From Ammonifex sp. (GTDB lineage Bacteria > Bacillota > Desulfotomaculia > Desulfotomaculales > DYER01), in assembly GCA_020725605.1 (NCBI GenBank), contig DYER01000029.1:1-60375 (forward strand): a stretch of DNA of 60,375 bases, written 5' to 3'. Positions 19,009 to 29,171 of this stretch are shown one piece after another; within the stretch, counting starts at the first letter, position 1; every line of letters starts with the position of its first letter. The notes below the pieces were generated by a model. The model saw only the letters and a list, made by a program, of their open reading frames with translations. It had not been told where the DNA came from and made no database searches. Both the position numbers and the translations under genes were made by a program.

Positions 19009-20313
19009 CTATTTCAGGTACAACCCCAGATCGAACTCTTCCCGGTTTCTGTAGCGCTCGAAAATGTAATGACGGTACCTCACGTAATCGTTGTAGTCAC
19101 AGGCAATGCCCTCTTCCCTCATGGCCTTTTCGAATCTCTTCAGGTCCGGGGGGCATCCCGGAATGGGAATGGCCTTTCTGATGTGAGGATTATTCTTGTT
19201 CAGCTTACAGGCACATTGACCGAAAAGAACCGTTTTCGCAAACCCCGGCCCGGCCAGCTGTTGCTTTCCGGTCACCACTTCGATTCCCGGAAAAGGCTCC
19301 CCTTTAAAGGCCGACATCAGCATCACGAGCATGGGGTTGTAGAGCATGGAGCACCCGGTGCAGAGGGTGTTGTCGTATTTTCTCACGGCGAGGCCCGTGA
19401 TGCCGCGCTTTTCGAACCCAGCGGGGCCGGTATTGTCTTTCGTCCACTCCCAGTCGTAGTCCACGTAAGAGCTGTGCTTCGCGACCTCTTCTCCGCGCAC
19501 TTCGATGTCGGCCAGGTCCAGGCTCCGCCCGTGGCGCTCGGCAAAGTACTTTAAGGACGGCACCTCTGACGCGTCATAACCCATGATCGCCGCTCCCACC
19601 ACGTCGCAGGCCAGCGGGTCCCGGGAGGCGATGAGGAGGTCCTTGCGGTGGGCCTTGCCGGTGGGCCCCGGGCCTTTTTCCAGGGTGAAAATACCGTCGA
19701 TTATGGTCAACGCGACCGGTAGCTTCTCGACTATGTGGGGAAAAATGTAATTGAGGTCGGTCTCCGTATTGTGACAGAACATCTTCGACTTTCTGTCCAG
19801 GACACCTTTAAAGTTCTTTATTCCCAGGGACACCTTACACTGGTTGTGGGTCTTCAGTACCGGGACGTTGACGATCTTGTCGGCCTCCAGGGCCCTCCTC
19901 GCCACGGACAGCTTGAAGGTCCCGAAGTCCACCGGCACGAACTCTTCCTCGTTGAAGTCCACCAGCTCCACCCCGTAGTTTTCCCGGAGCTTCTCGTAGC
20001 CGAGGGTCCGGTATATGGCCTGGCCCATGGTCCTGGGCACCGGCCGGGAAGCCTCGCCGATGGTGATGTTGCGGAATCCCTCTTCCGCCAGGATCTGCAC
20101 CAGGGCGAACATCACGGCACTGGTGGTGACCACGCCGAAGGGCGGAAAGGGGAGGTCGAAGTCCCAGGTCACGAGGTTGGGCTTGATGAGGATTTTGTCG
20201 TGGCGCCGGAAGCCCTCGAATCCGCCGCAGAGCTCAAGGGCTTCCCTGAGGGAGCGGTAGACGTCTGTGCACTTGACGACGGAAACAACCGGTTTCACCA
20301 GCAACACCCCCAA
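19009..20313 (-). CDS. DUF362-domain protein
   Basis: The KILIKPNL hallmark and VVKCTDVY N-terminus are present. I placed the start at TTG 20313, after GGAGGGG; the track ORF begins at GTG 20382. Confidence 0.75.
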   Translation of the reverse strand: MGVLLVKPVVSVVKCTDVYRSLREALELCGGFEGFRRHDKILIKPNLVTWDFDLPFPPFGVVTTSAVMFALVQILAEEGFRNITIGEASRPVPRTMGQAIYRTLGYEKLRENYGVELVDFNEEEFVPVDFGTFKLSVARRALEADKIVNVPVLKTHNQCKVSLGIKNFKGVLDRKSKMFCHNTETDLNYIFPHIVEKLPVALTIIDGIFTLEKGPGPTGKAHRKDLLIASRDPLACDVVGAAIMGYDASEVPSLKYFAERHGRSLDLADIEVRGEEVAKHSSYVDYDWEWTKDNTGPAGFEKRGITGLAVRKYDNTLCTGCSMLYNPMLVMLMSAFKGEPFPGIEVVTGKQQLAGPGFAKTVLFGQCACKLNKNNPHIRKAIPIPGCPPDLKRFEKAMREEGIACDYNDYVRYRHYIFERYRNREEFDLGLYLK

Positions 20314-20425
20314 ATCCGCCGCCCCTCCGGAACGTCCGGGGCGGGCGGCCTCGAAAGTTCCAAACTTCAACTCCCCCGGCACGGCCCTTTGTGCGCGGGC
20401 GGCAAACCGTTCACGTCCACGGTCG

Positions 20426-22354
20426 TCAGTGCGCCGACGACCCGCGGTTAAACCGCCGCCAGGCGGTCGTGCGGGAAATGCCCAGGACGCGGGCCACCAC
20501 GCTCTTGTTCCCCCCGTAGCGCACCCTGAGGTACTCCATCACCTGGCGCTCGATATCAGCCAGGGAGCCCAGCCGTATGACCATGCGTTCCCCTTCCTCG
20601 ACCGGGCCCTTGTCTCCCTGCTTCTCCGCCAGGAGCTCCCGCAGGAGGTCCTCGGCCCGGTCCGGCCGCTCCGAGCACAGTATTACCAGCCGCTCGATGA
20701 AGTTCTGCAGTTCCCTGGCGTTCCCCGGCCAGTCGTAAGAGGCCAGTAGCTCCCAGGTACCCGGCCGGATCTCGGGAAGCGGACAGCCCAGCCGCTGCGT
20801 CGCTTCGCGGGCGAAGAATTCGGCCAGTACCGGCACGTCCTCCCGCCTCTCCCGTAAGGGCGGAAGATCGAGACGCAGTACGTCCAGCCGGTAGTACAGG
20901 TCCTCCCGAAACTGCCCCGTGCCGACCATCTCGCTCAGGGACTTGTTGGTGGCGGCAATGACCCGGACGTCTACGGGAATTACCCGGTCTCCGCCGAGGC
21001 GCATCACGCAGCGTTCCTGGAGCACCCGCAGCAGCCTGGCCTGCAGGGCCGGCGTGATACTCCCGATCTCGTCCAGAAAAATGGTGCCCCCGTGCGCCAG
21101 CTCGAAGAGGCCCACCCGTCCGCCCCGCCGCGCACCCGTGAAGGCTCCCTCTTCGTACCCGAAGAGTTCCGACTCCAGCAGGTTTTCTGGAAGTGCCGCG
21201 CAGTTGACCGCCACAAACGGGCCCTGACGGCGGGGACTCGCGTTGTGAATGCTCTGGGCGAACAGCTCCTTTCCGGTGCCGCTCTCGCCCGTAATGAGCA
21301 CGGTGGAATCAAAGGCCGCGTAGCGCCGCGCCCTCTGCACCACCCGCTTCAGCAACGGGCTCCGCCCCACGACGTCTTCAAAGGTGAACCGGGCCACGAG
21401 CCCCTTCTGCGCCAGCTCCCGGCGAATCTTCTGCTCCAGTTGCTGTATCTTGCGCACGGGCTGAAGAGTAAAGACGTGGCAGCCGGCACTCGCCGGGGTT
21501 CCCTCCCGCTGGTCCTCTACGGCGATCTTGTTCACCACCAGTTGGGTATCTCTCAATTCGCAGAGAAACCCGTACCCGGCCGGCCCTTCCAGTATTTCGA
21601 CTATCCGCCGCGGCAGGTCGAGTTCCCGGGGTAGACGACCCAGCGCCTCCTTCTTATCCAGGAGCAGGAGACGCTCGGCCACCCGGTTGCACAGTGCCAG
21701 ACGACCGTCGGCACGGGTGACGAGGACGCCCACCCCGGTGTGGTCGATTACGGTCTGCAACAGCCGGCTCCGCGCCCGGTCCGTTTGCCGGGCCCTGGCA
21801 ATTTCCATTGCCCGTGCCATGGCCTGCCGCACCGCCACCGGCGACGATTCCACCACCACCCCCGTCATTCCCAGCCGGCCGGCGCGGGGAGGGATGCAGG
21901 CTCCCGTACCCACCACCACTCCGACGCCGAGTTCGCGGGCCCGCTCCAGCTGCGACCACAATTCGCCGAGGGACTCGTAGGTCAGGTGCAAAAAGGGCAC
22001 TCCCAGCAATTCCCGAATCCGGCCGAAGTCGATGTCCTCCTTTTCGTAGGCAAAGCCAACGTAGGCAATCCGTTCCGAGAGCTCTGTCGCCCGGCGCAAC
22101 GCGCAGAGAACGTCAAAGGCGTTTATTTCCACCAGCACTACGGGCGCGTGAAGGGAGCGCCGGATCAAATATCCGGTGGGGCCGCGGCTGACCAGTACCA
22201 GCACTTCGGACGCCAGCTGGCGGGCGGCCTCCACCCCCTCTTCCAGCACCGCCTCCACCACCCTGACCGACACCCCTTCTTCTGCGGCCCACCTCTTGAC
22301 CTCTGCCGTCAGCTCCGGGTAAGACGAGACCACACCGATCAGCGGAGTGCCCAA
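20426..22354 (-). CDS. sigma-54-dependent transcriptional activator, PrpR-like (PrpR_N + PAS + AAA+ + Fis-type HTH)
   Basis: The N-terminal PrpR-type domain is followed by GESGTGKE, GAFTGA and a C-terminal HTH (VARVLGISRTTAWRR). TTG start follows GGGGAGG. Confidence 0.9.
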   Translation of the reverse strand: MGTPLIGVVSSYPELTAEVKRWAAEEGVSVRVVEAVLEEGVEAARQLASEVLVLVSRGPTGYLIRRSLHAPVVLVEINAFDVLCALRRATELSERIAYVGFAYEKEDIDFGRIRELLGVPFLHLTYESLGELWSQLERARELGVGVVVGTGACIPPRAGRLGMTGVVVESSPVAVRQAMARAMEIARARQTDRARSRLLQTVIDHTGVGVLVTRADGRLALCNRVAERLLLLDKKEALGRLPRELDLPRRIVEILEGPAGYGFLCELRDTQLVVNKIAVEDQREGTPASAGCHVFTLQPVRKIQQLEQKIRRELAQKGLVARFTFEDVVGRSPLLKRVVQRARRYAAFDSTVLITGESGTGKELFAQSIHNASPRRQGPFVAVNCAALPENLLESELFGYEEGAFTGARRGGRVGLFELAHGGTIFLDEIGSITPALQARLLRVLQERCVMRLGGDRVIPVDVRVIAATNKSLSEMVGTGQFREDLYYRLDVLRLDLPPLRERREDVPVLAEFFAREATQRLGCPLPEIRPGTWELLASYDWPGNARELQNFIERLVILCSERPDRAEDLLRELLAEKQGDKGPVEEGERMVIRLGSLADIERQVMEYLRVRYGGNKSVVARVLGISRTTAWRRFNRGSSAH

Positions 22355-22421
22355 ACCTCATACCTCCCCGCCTCGTGCTGAGACCGGCACCTTCTGCGGC
22401 CCGGCCCCGGGTCACCCTGGG

Positions 22422-24059
22422 TCACGTCGTATCAGCAATTTCGCCGAGCCTTCCCTGGCCGTACAGCTCCCGTAAGGTTCTCTTGGAGAATTTGCCCACG
22501 CTGGTCTTGGGCACTTCCCTGACGAAAACGATCTCGTCCGGCAACCACCAGCGCGCCACCCTGCCGCGCAGGAAGTCGATGAGTTCCTCCCTGGTCACCT
22601 TACCCCTGGCCTCCGGCCGCAGGACCACACAGGCCAGGGGTCTTTCCTGCCACTTTTCGTGGGGTATGGCTATAACCGCCGCCTCGGCCACCGCGGGATG
22701 GGACATGAGGTGGTTTTCCAGGTCGACGGACGAGATCCATTCCCCGCCGCTCTTTATCAGGTCTCTGGTCCTGTCCGCCACCTGAACGTAGCCTTCCTCG
22801 TCAACGGTTACGATGTCGCCGGTTCTGAACCACCCGTCGACGAAGGCCTCCGCGGTGTTTTCGGGGTCCCTGTAATACTCCCTGAGTACCCATGGACCTT
22901 TCAACAGCAGCTCGCCCATTTCCTTCCCGTCGTGCCTGACCTCTTCGCCCTTTTCGTTGACGACCCGCATCTCCAGGCCGGGAAGCAACAACCCCGTCTT
23001 GGCCCGCAGGAGGTACTTCTCCGGTTCCGGCAAATCCCTGAGGTAGCTCTTGGGGTAGCACAGCAGGGTAACCGGCGTCGTTTCCGTTTGCCCGTAGCCC
23101 TGAATGAGCAGCACTCCCAGCTTCTTTTCGTATTCCTCCGCGAGCTTGGCCGGCATGGCCGCACCGCCCGAGATGAAAAAGCGCACGCAGCTGAAATCGT
23201 ACCGCCCCGGATGTTTCAGCGCATGGTCGAGGATCCCCATCCAGACGGTCGGGACGGCCGCCGCAATCGTCACCCTCTCCCGGTGGATCAGCTCGCACAG
23301 GTCCTCCGGCTGCGGCCGGCTACCGGGCAGTACCATCTTGGCGCCCATGAGGGTCTCCGAAAAAGGCCGGCACCAGGCGTTCACGTGAAACATGGGCACG
23401 ATGGGCATGCTTACGTCGCGTTCCCATGTTCCGTACTCCCCGGTGGCCATGGTAAGACTCAGCAGGTACAGGGCCCGGTGGGTGTAGACCACCCCTTTGG
23501 GAAACCCGGTGGTGGCGGTGGTGTAGGCCATGATGGCCGGCGTCCACTCGTCGAGGTACGGAAACTCGTAGGTCGGCGGCTCGCCGGCGAGGAGCTCCTC
23601 ATACGAGTAAACGGGCGACAGCGCCGTCTGCGGGAGCGTCGGTTTGTCGGTCATGATCACGTAGGCCCGAACGGTGTTGAGTTCCGACCGCACGTCTTCA
23701 ATGATGGGTACCAGGTCCTCGTCTACGAACAGGACCTTGTTTTCGGCAAAGTTGATGCAGTGGATAAGGTGATCCCGAAAGAGGCGAATGTTGACGGTAT
23801 TCAGAATTGCCCCGTAACACGGGACGGCAAAATACAGCTCCAGGTGGCGGTGGGTATTCCAGGCGAAAGAACCCACCCTCTCGCCGGGCCGAAGGTCCAG
23901 CCTTTTCAGAGCGTTGGCCAGCCGACAGACCCTCCGGTACATTTCGCCGTAGGTGTAACGGAACATTCCCGAAAAGTCCCGGCAGACAATTTCTTTCTTC
24001 GGAAAAATGGCGTGGGCCCGGTACAGAATGCTCCTCAGAGTAAGGGGATAGTCCATCAT
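22422..24059 (-). CDS. fatty-acid--CoA ligase (AMP-binding family)
   Basis: AMP-binding motifs YTTATTGFPKGV and GYGQTE, plus the C-terminal PKTSVGKFSKR. ATG 24059 follows GGAGGAG; the track start TTG 24068 lies inside the RBS. Confidence 0.9.
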   Translation of the reverse strand: MMDYPLTLRSILYRAHAIFPKKEIVCRDFSGMFRYTYGEMYRRVCRLANALKRLDLRPGERVGSFAWNTHRHLELYFAVPCYGAILNTVNIRLFRDHLIHCINFAENKVLFVDEDLVPIIEDVRSELNTVRAYVIMTDKPTLPQTALSPVYSYEELLAGEPPTYEFPYLDEWTPAIMAYTTATTGFPKGVVYTHRALYLLSLTMATGEYGTWERDVSMPIVPMFHVNAWCRPFSETLMGAKMVLPGSRPQPEDLCELIHRERVTIAAAVPTVWMGILDHALKHPGRYDFSCVRFFISGGAAMPAKLAEEYEKKLGVLLIQGYGQTETTPVTLLCYPKSYLRDLPEPEKYLLRAKTGLLLPGLEMRVVNEKGEEVRHDGKEMGELLLKGPWVLREYYRDPENTAEAFVDGWFRTGDIVTVDEEGYVQVADRTRDLIKSGGEWISSVDLENHLMSHPAVAEAAVIAIPHEKWQERPLACVVLRPEARGKVTREELIDFLRGRVARWWLPDEIVFVREVPKTSVGKFSKRTLRELYGQGRLGEIADTT

Positions 24060-24163
24060 TTTGAGCAACTCCTCCTTCCTTCAGAATCGATTTTGCCGGG
24101 CGCCGGGAATCGGCACAAAGGGGGGCGAAGGCGAAAACGAAGGGAGCGTCTCCCCTCTCGAAA

Positions 24164-25327
24164 TCACAACCAGTTCAGGGTCCCGTCCACGATGGCCCGC
24201 GAGATGATCTCGCGCTGGATTTCGCTGGTGCCTTCGACGATCATCAGCTGGCGGGCGTCCCGGTAGAAGCGCTCCATGGGGTAGTCCTTCATGTAGCCGT
24301 AACCTCCCAGAATCTGCAGGGCCCGGTGGGCGGTGCGTACCGCCACCTCGCTGGCGTAGGCCTTGGCAATGGAGAAGTACGGTGCCGCCTCCCTGCCCAC
24401 GCGGCCCTCGTCCACGATGAGCGCCGCCCGGTAAACCAGCCAGCGCGCGGCTTCGATTTCCATGGCCATCTCCGCCATCATCCACCGCAGACCCTGAAAG
24501 TCGCTAAGCGGCCTGCCGAAGGCCCGGCGCTGCCGGGCGTACTCCACCGCATACTGCAGGGCGCCCTCGGCCAAACCAAGGCCCCGGGCCGCCACCACCG
24601 GCCGCACCGAGTTCAGGCTCGACATGACCAGCTTGAATCCCTCGTTTTCTACCCCCACCAGCGCCCCGGCGGGCACCCGACAGTCCTCCAGAATCACCTC
24701 CGAAACCGGAACTCCTTTGACCCCCATCTTGCGCTCTACCTTGCCGATGGAGAGTCCCGGCGTCCCTCCGTCGACCACAAAGACGCTCACGCCCCTGTGG
24801 CCCGCCCCGGGGTTGGTTTTGGCCACCACCACGAAGAAATCCGCCACCGGAGCCCCGGAAATGAAACACTTGGTGCCGTTCAGGACGTAGTAATCTCCCC
24901 GGCGCTCGGCGCGGGTGCTTATGCCGGCCGCGTCGGACCCGGCCCCCGGCTCCGTCAGGCAGAAACAACCCCTCCTGGTCCCTTCACAGGTGCCGCGGAT
25001 GTACTTCTGCTTCTGGTCCTCGCTGCCGCCCAGGGCGATGGCCGAGGTGGAGAGTTTGGTCAGCAGCAGGATGAGGCCCGAGGCGCAGCAGTACTTGGCC
25101 ACCTCCTCCACTGCCAGGCAGAGGCCCAGCGTGCCCAGCCCGGAGCCGCCGTATTCCTCGGGATGGCAGATCCCCAGCAGGCCCGCCTCTTTGAAGGCCT
25201 GAAAGACGTCCTCCGGATACTCCCCGGTCTCGTCTATCTCGGCGGCCCGGGGCGCTATTTTCTCCCGGGCCAGCCGGCGCACCGTCTCCCGCAAAAGCCG
25301 CAGTTCGTCCGACAATCGAAAGTCCAT
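24164..25327 (-). CDS. acyl-CoA dehydrogenase
   Basis: The full-length ACAD pattern is present (CLTEPGAGSD, QILGGYGY, EGTSEIQ). Confidence 0.9.
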   Translation of the reverse strand: MDFRLSDELRLLRETVRRLAREKIAPRAAEIDETGEYPEDVFQAFKEAGLLGICHPEEYGGSGLGTLGLCLAVEEVAKYCCASGLILLLTKLSTSAIALGGSEDQKQKYIRGTCEGTRRGCFCLTEPGAGSDAAGISTRAERRGDYYVLNGTKCFISGAPVADFFVVVAKTNPGAGHRGVSVFVVDGGTPGLSIGKVERKMGVKGVPVSEVILEDCRVPAGALVGVENEGFKLVMSSLNSVRPVVAARGLGLAEGALQYAVEYARQRRAFGRPLSDFQGLRWMMAEMAMEIEAARWLVYRAALIVDEGRVGREAAPYFSIAKAYASEVAVRTAHRALQILGGYGYMKDYPMERFYRDARQLMIVEGTSEIQREIISRAIVDGTLNWL

Positions 25328-25345
25328 AAACGCTCCTTCCCTCCC

Positions 25346-25765
25346 TCAGGTCATGGGCCGGAATTTAAACCCGTACCGTATCACTCCCTCCTCTTCGTAG
25401 ATGCGGCGGAAAACCGCTTCCACCCTCATGCCGATCCGGGGTCCCTCCTCCGGAGGGTCCACCATCTGGGCGATGATGCGCGGACCCTCGTCCAGTTCCA
25501 CCAGCACAACCGGGTAGCTTCCCTTGCAGGCCGCTTCGGCGGCGAATTCCGGGGGTGCGCCCGCGCCGGCGATTAACGTCCAGGAGTGCACGGTACCGCG
25601 CCCGCTTAAACGACATTCCTCAAAGTCCGCACCCACGCCGCAGTACCTGCACACCCCCTTGGGCGGGAAATTTACCCGTCCGCAGTTCCGGCATCTGAGC
25701 CCCACCAGCCGGTAGCGCTGGGGCACCGCGCGCTGGTACATCGGCACCGATATATGGGCGCCCAC
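25346..25765 (-). CDS. DUF35 Zn-ribbon/OB-fold protein (thiolase-associated scaffold)
   Basis: A CRNCGRVNFPPKGVCRYCG zinc ribbon is followed by an OB-fold segment. GTG start follows GAGGTGA. Confidence 0.85.
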   Translation of the reverse strand: MGAHISVPMYQRAVPQRYRLVGLRCRNCGRVNFPPKGVCRYCGVGADFEECRLSGRGTVHSWTLIAGAGAPPEFAAEAACKGSYPVVLVELDEGPRIIAQMVDPPEEGPRIGMRVEAVFRRIYEEEGVIRYGFKFRPMT

Positions 25766-25776
25766 GGGAGGTCACC

Positions 25777-26790
25777 TCACAGCAGTTGTTCCTTTAACCT
25801 GAGCTTAAGGTAGTGGAGGTAATCGATGTAGCGCTTTCGTTCCAGCCAGTAGTGCAGGCCGTGCGGCGGCCGCAGCACCGGTTCCCGGACGACAAAGCTC
25901 AGAGCCTGTCCCCCGCATCCCGAACCGTAGCCGGCCACGAGGATGCGGTCGCCCGGGGACGCCTGCTCCAGCACCGCGCAAAAGCCCAGCAGGGACGCGC
26001 ATACCCCGGTGTCTCCCACCCGGGCAAAAATCAGTCCGGCCTCCATTTGCTCGGAGGTGAAGCCCAACCGCCGTCCCAAACTCGCGGTCTGGCGCCCGTC
26101 GAACTGGGGCAGCACGACGTACCGGTAGTCGCCGGGCCGCCTTCCCAGCCGCTCCAGCAGGTCGCGCACCACGGCGCCTACCGTGGCGGCGTAGGCCTCG
26201 CCCGTGTAGGTCCTCACGCCCACGTCCCTTATGCGGACCGCCCCCCGCGGAACGAAGCGCTCCCCCAATCTCTCCGTCACCCGGGAGGCGGCGCCCTCGA
26301 ATTCCACGCCCCCGCTCCCCGCGGCAAGCACGAACGCGCAGGCCGCCGCTCCCAGGGCGTGGTCCAGGTCTTCCCCCGGGCCGGCCGCCGGGCAGTCCGC
26401 CGCCAGCACCAGTGCCGTTGCCTCTTCCCCGCCCAGCAGGGCGAGGGCCGAGAGCAGAGCCTCGGTGCCGGCCCGGGCGGAAGTACCCAGTTCGACAGAG
26501 GTCACCTTTTCCGGCAGGCCCAGGGCCGCCGCCACGGTGCCCGCCGCCATCTTTTCGGCGTACGGCAGAGTGGTGGAGGCGAGGGCCAGCACCCGGACCC
26601 CGGCGGCATCCACCAGGGCCAGGACCTGCCGCCCGGCCTCCACGGCCATGGTGACCGCGTCCTCGTCAAAGTCCGCTACCGCCTTTTCGCTGATGTCGGC
26701 GGCACACCGGCCCCACGCCTTCCGGTACTCGGCCCGGGTAAGTCGCAGGAACGGAACGTAGGTCGCACATGCGATAATCCGGCCGGCCAT
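25777..26790 (-). CDS. HMG-CoA synthase-like (thiolase-fold) protein, apparently lacking the catalytic Glu/Cys/His
   Basis: It resembles archaeal-type HMGCS (YVPFLRLTRAEY..., DEDAVTMAVEAG, GYGSG). The positions I align to the catalytic residues read STT, SARAGT and LPQFD. Confidence 0.75.
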   Translation of the reverse strand: MAGRIIACATYVPFLRLTRAEYRKAWGRCAADISEKAVADFDEDAVTMAVEAGRQVLALVDAAGVRVLALASTTLPYAEKMAAGTVAAALGLPEKVTSVELGTSARAGTEALLSALALLGGEEATALVLAADCPAAGPGEDLDHALGAAACAFVLAAGSGGVEFEGAASRVTERLGERFVPRGAVRIRDVGVRTYTGEAYAATVGAVVRDLLERLGRRPGDYRYVVLPQFDGRQTASLGRRLGFTSEQMEAGLIFARVGDTGVCASLLGFCAVLEQASPGDRILVAGYGSGCGGQALSFVVREPVLRPPHGLHYWLERKRYIDYLHYLKLRLKEQLL

Positions 26791-26796
26791 GGATCT

Positions 26797-27972
26797 TCAA
26801 GAGCCCCCCCTGTAGATGAACACGGTGGCCGTGCCTCCGGAGCCGCCCACATTGTGGGACAGGGCTATTTCCGCCCCGGGCACCTGCCGCGACGGTTCCA
26901 CGGCCTGACCACGCAGCTGGGCGAAAATCTCGCAGGCCTGCCCGCACCCCGTGGCGCCGAGGGGGTGCCCCTTGGCCTTCAGGCCGCCGCTGACGTTCAC
27001 CGGAAGCCTCCCCCCGAAAGAGGTGTGCCCCTCCTCCAGCAGCCGCGCCGCCTTTCCTTCCTCGCAAAAACCCAGGTCCTCGTAGGCCAGAAGCTCGGCG
27101 ATGGTAAAGCAGTCGTGGACCTCCGCGAGGTCGATGTCCCCGGGACCCAGCCCCGCCCGCTCGTACGCGGCCCGGGCCGCCTTGCGGGCGGCCCTGAGTT
27201 TCGTGATGTCGGCCCGGTCGTGGAGGGCCAGGTAATCGCCCGCCGCCCCGAAGCCGGCGACGTAAACCGGGCGGTCGGTGAACTCCCGGGCCAGCTCGGC
27301 GCTGCAAATCAGGACCAGGGCCGCCCCGTCGCTGGTGGGGCTGCAGTCCCAGATGTTCAGCGGATGGGCGACCATCGGACCCTCCATGGCCTCCTCCAGG
27401 GTAACCGCCCGGCGGAACTGCGCCTTCGGGTTGGCCACGGCGTGACGGTGATTCTTGACCGCCACCAGGGACAGTTGCCTGCGGGTCAACCCGTATTCGA
27501 ACATGTACCGGTTGGCCATAAGGGCGTAGATTCCGGCGAAGGTGCAGCCGGCCAGTCTCTCGTACTCCGTGTCTCCGGAAACACCCAGCCAGTATCTCCC
27601 CTTCTGGCCCGAGAGGTCGCGCATTTTCTCGACGCCGCCCGCCAGTACCACCTTGAAGTGTCCCGAGGCCACCGCGCAAACGGCGGCGTAAAGGGCAAAT
27701 CCTCCGGAAGCGCAGGCGTTTTCGAGCCTCACCGCCGGTACGTGGGGCAGGCCCACGTAGCCCAGCAGCAGCGGAGCCAGCTGCCCCAGCTGGAACCCTC
27801 CCCCGGCGCTCAGGCAACCCAGATAGGCCGCCTCGATCATGGCCGGGTCCAGACCTTTGTCCACGCTTTTGAGCATTTCGAAGTACGCCTCGGCGAAAAG
27901 CTCCTTAACCCCTTTTTCGGGAAAGTCGCCGAAAGCGGTCTGTCCCGCCCCGACGATGGCCACCTGCTTCAC
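26797..27972 (-). CDS. SCP-x-type thiolase (acetyl-CoA acetyltransferase family)
   Basis: The N-terminus VAIVGAGQTAFG, the nucleophile motif NACASGG and the C-terminal GHPLGATGCGQ are present. Confidence 0.9.
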   Translation of the reverse strand: MKQVAIVGAGQTAFGDFPEKGVKELFAEAYFEMLKSVDKGLDPAMIEAAYLGCLSAGGGFQLGQLAPLLLGYVGLPHVPAVRLENACASGGFALYAAVCAVASGHFKVVLAGGVEKMRDLSGQKGRYWLGVSGDTEYERLAGCTFAGIYALMANRYMFEYGLTRRQLSLVAVKNHRHAVANPKAQFRRAVTLEEAMEGPMVAHPLNIWDCSPTSDGAALVLICSAELAREFTDRPVYVAGFGAAGDYLALHDRADITKLRAARKAARAAYERAGLGPGDIDLAEVHDCFTIAELLAYEDLGFCEEGKAARLLEEGHTSFGGRLPVNVSGGLKAKGHPLGATGCGQACEIFAQLRGQAVEPSRQVPGAEIALSHNVGGSGGTATVFIYRGGS

Positions 27973-27990
27973 CGCCGCACCTTCCCTTCC

Positions 27991-29142
27991 TCAGGCATAC
28001 TCTTTGAGCAATTCGTTGGCCACGATCAGGCGCTGTATTTCGTTGGTGCCCTCGTATATGCGGGTGATGCGGGCGTCGCGGTAGAAGCGCTCGATGGGGA
28101 AGTCCTTCATGTAGCCCATGCCCCCGTAAATCTGAACCGCCCTGTCGGCCACCCGCCCCAGAACCTCGGAGGCGAACAGCTTTACCATGGCCGCCTCTTT
28201 CACGCAGCGGAACCCCTGGTCCACCATCCAGGCCACCTGGCGGGTTAAGGCCCTGGCCGCCGCGGTCTCCGCGGCCATGTCCGCCAGCATCCACTGAATC
28301 GCCTGGAAAGAAGCTATCGGCTGGCCGAACTGCACCCGCTGCTGCGCGTACTTAATGCACAGCTCCAGCAGCTTTTCGCAGGCTCCCACACAGCGGGCGC
28401 CGAGGGTTACCCGGCCGCGGCCCAGAATGCGCAGGGCGTTGGCGTACCCGCGACCTTCCTCGCCCAGAAGGTTTGCGGCCGGCACCTCGCAATTGTCGAA
28501 GATCAGTTCCGAGGTCTGAGAACCGCGCAGGCCCATCTTTTTCTCGATGGTGCCGACGGAAAACCCCGGAAAGCCCTTTTCCACCAGAAAGGCGCTGAAG
28601 CCCCCGCGGGCCCCTTTCTGCCGGTCCGTGACGGCGATCACCGTCACCACGTCCGCGATGGGGCCGTTGGTTATGAAATGCTTCACCCCGTTGATGATCC
28701 ACCTGTCCCCCTGTCGCACGGCCGTGGTTTTCAGATTGGTGGCGTCGGACCCGGCTTCCGGCTCGGTCAGCGCAAAGGCACCGATCTTCTCGCCCCGCGC
28801 CATCGGCGGGAGGTACTTTCTCTTCTGGTCTTCGGTGCCCAATTCCACGATGCCGGTGCACCCTATGCCGATGTTGGTCCCGATGACACTCACGAAGCCG
28901 GCCGGTGCCCGACCCAGCTCCTCCAGCAGCAGACAGCGCTCCAGCATGCTCAGACCGAGGCCGCCGTACTCCTCGGGTATGCTCATGCCGAAAAGCCCCA
29001 TCTCCCGGGCCTTCCGGATGAGGTGTTCGGGAACCCGGTCCTCTTCCTCGATCTGCCGGGCGTAGGCGTCCACCTCACCGTCCACAAACTCCCGGACGGT
29101 GCGCTTCATGGCCTGCATCTCTTCGGAAACGGTGAAATCCAT
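27991..29142 (-). CDS. acyl-CoA dehydrogenase
   Basis: The ACAD pattern is present (ALTEPEAGSD, QIYGGMGY, EGTNEIQ). Confidence 0.9.
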   Translation of the reverse strand: MDFTVSEEMQAMKRTVREFVDGEVDAYARQIEEEDRVPEHLIRKAREMGLFGMSIPEEYGGLGLSMLERCLLLEELGRAPAGFVSVIGTNIGIGCTGIVELGTEDQKRKYLPPMARGEKIGAFALTEPEAGSDATNLKTTAVRQGDRWIINGVKHFITNGPIADVVTVIAVTDRQKGARGGFSAFLVEKGFPGFSVGTIEKKMGLRGSQTSELIFDNCEVPAANLLGEEGRGYANALRILGRGRVTLGARCVGACEKLLELCIKYAQQRVQFGQPIASFQAIQWMLADMAAETAAARALTRQVAWMVDQGFRCVKEAAMVKLFASEVLGRVADRAVQIYGGMGYMKDFPIERFYRDARITRIYEGTNEIQRLIVANELLKEYA

Positions 29143-29171
29143 GCCAATGTGCCCTCCCTCGGAAAATCTCG

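Noticed and set aside
25813-28248. An 811-aa ORF on the plus strand. Similar very long ORFs occur at 39912-42401 (+), 57173-59251 (+), 5361-7310 (-), 2495-3955 (-) and 52713-54602 (+, first 1.3 kb).
   Set aside because: They are antisense or off-frame to genes with clear family signatures. Their translations are Arg/Pro/Gly/His-rich with no motifs. This is typical of open frames in roughly 68% GC DNA.
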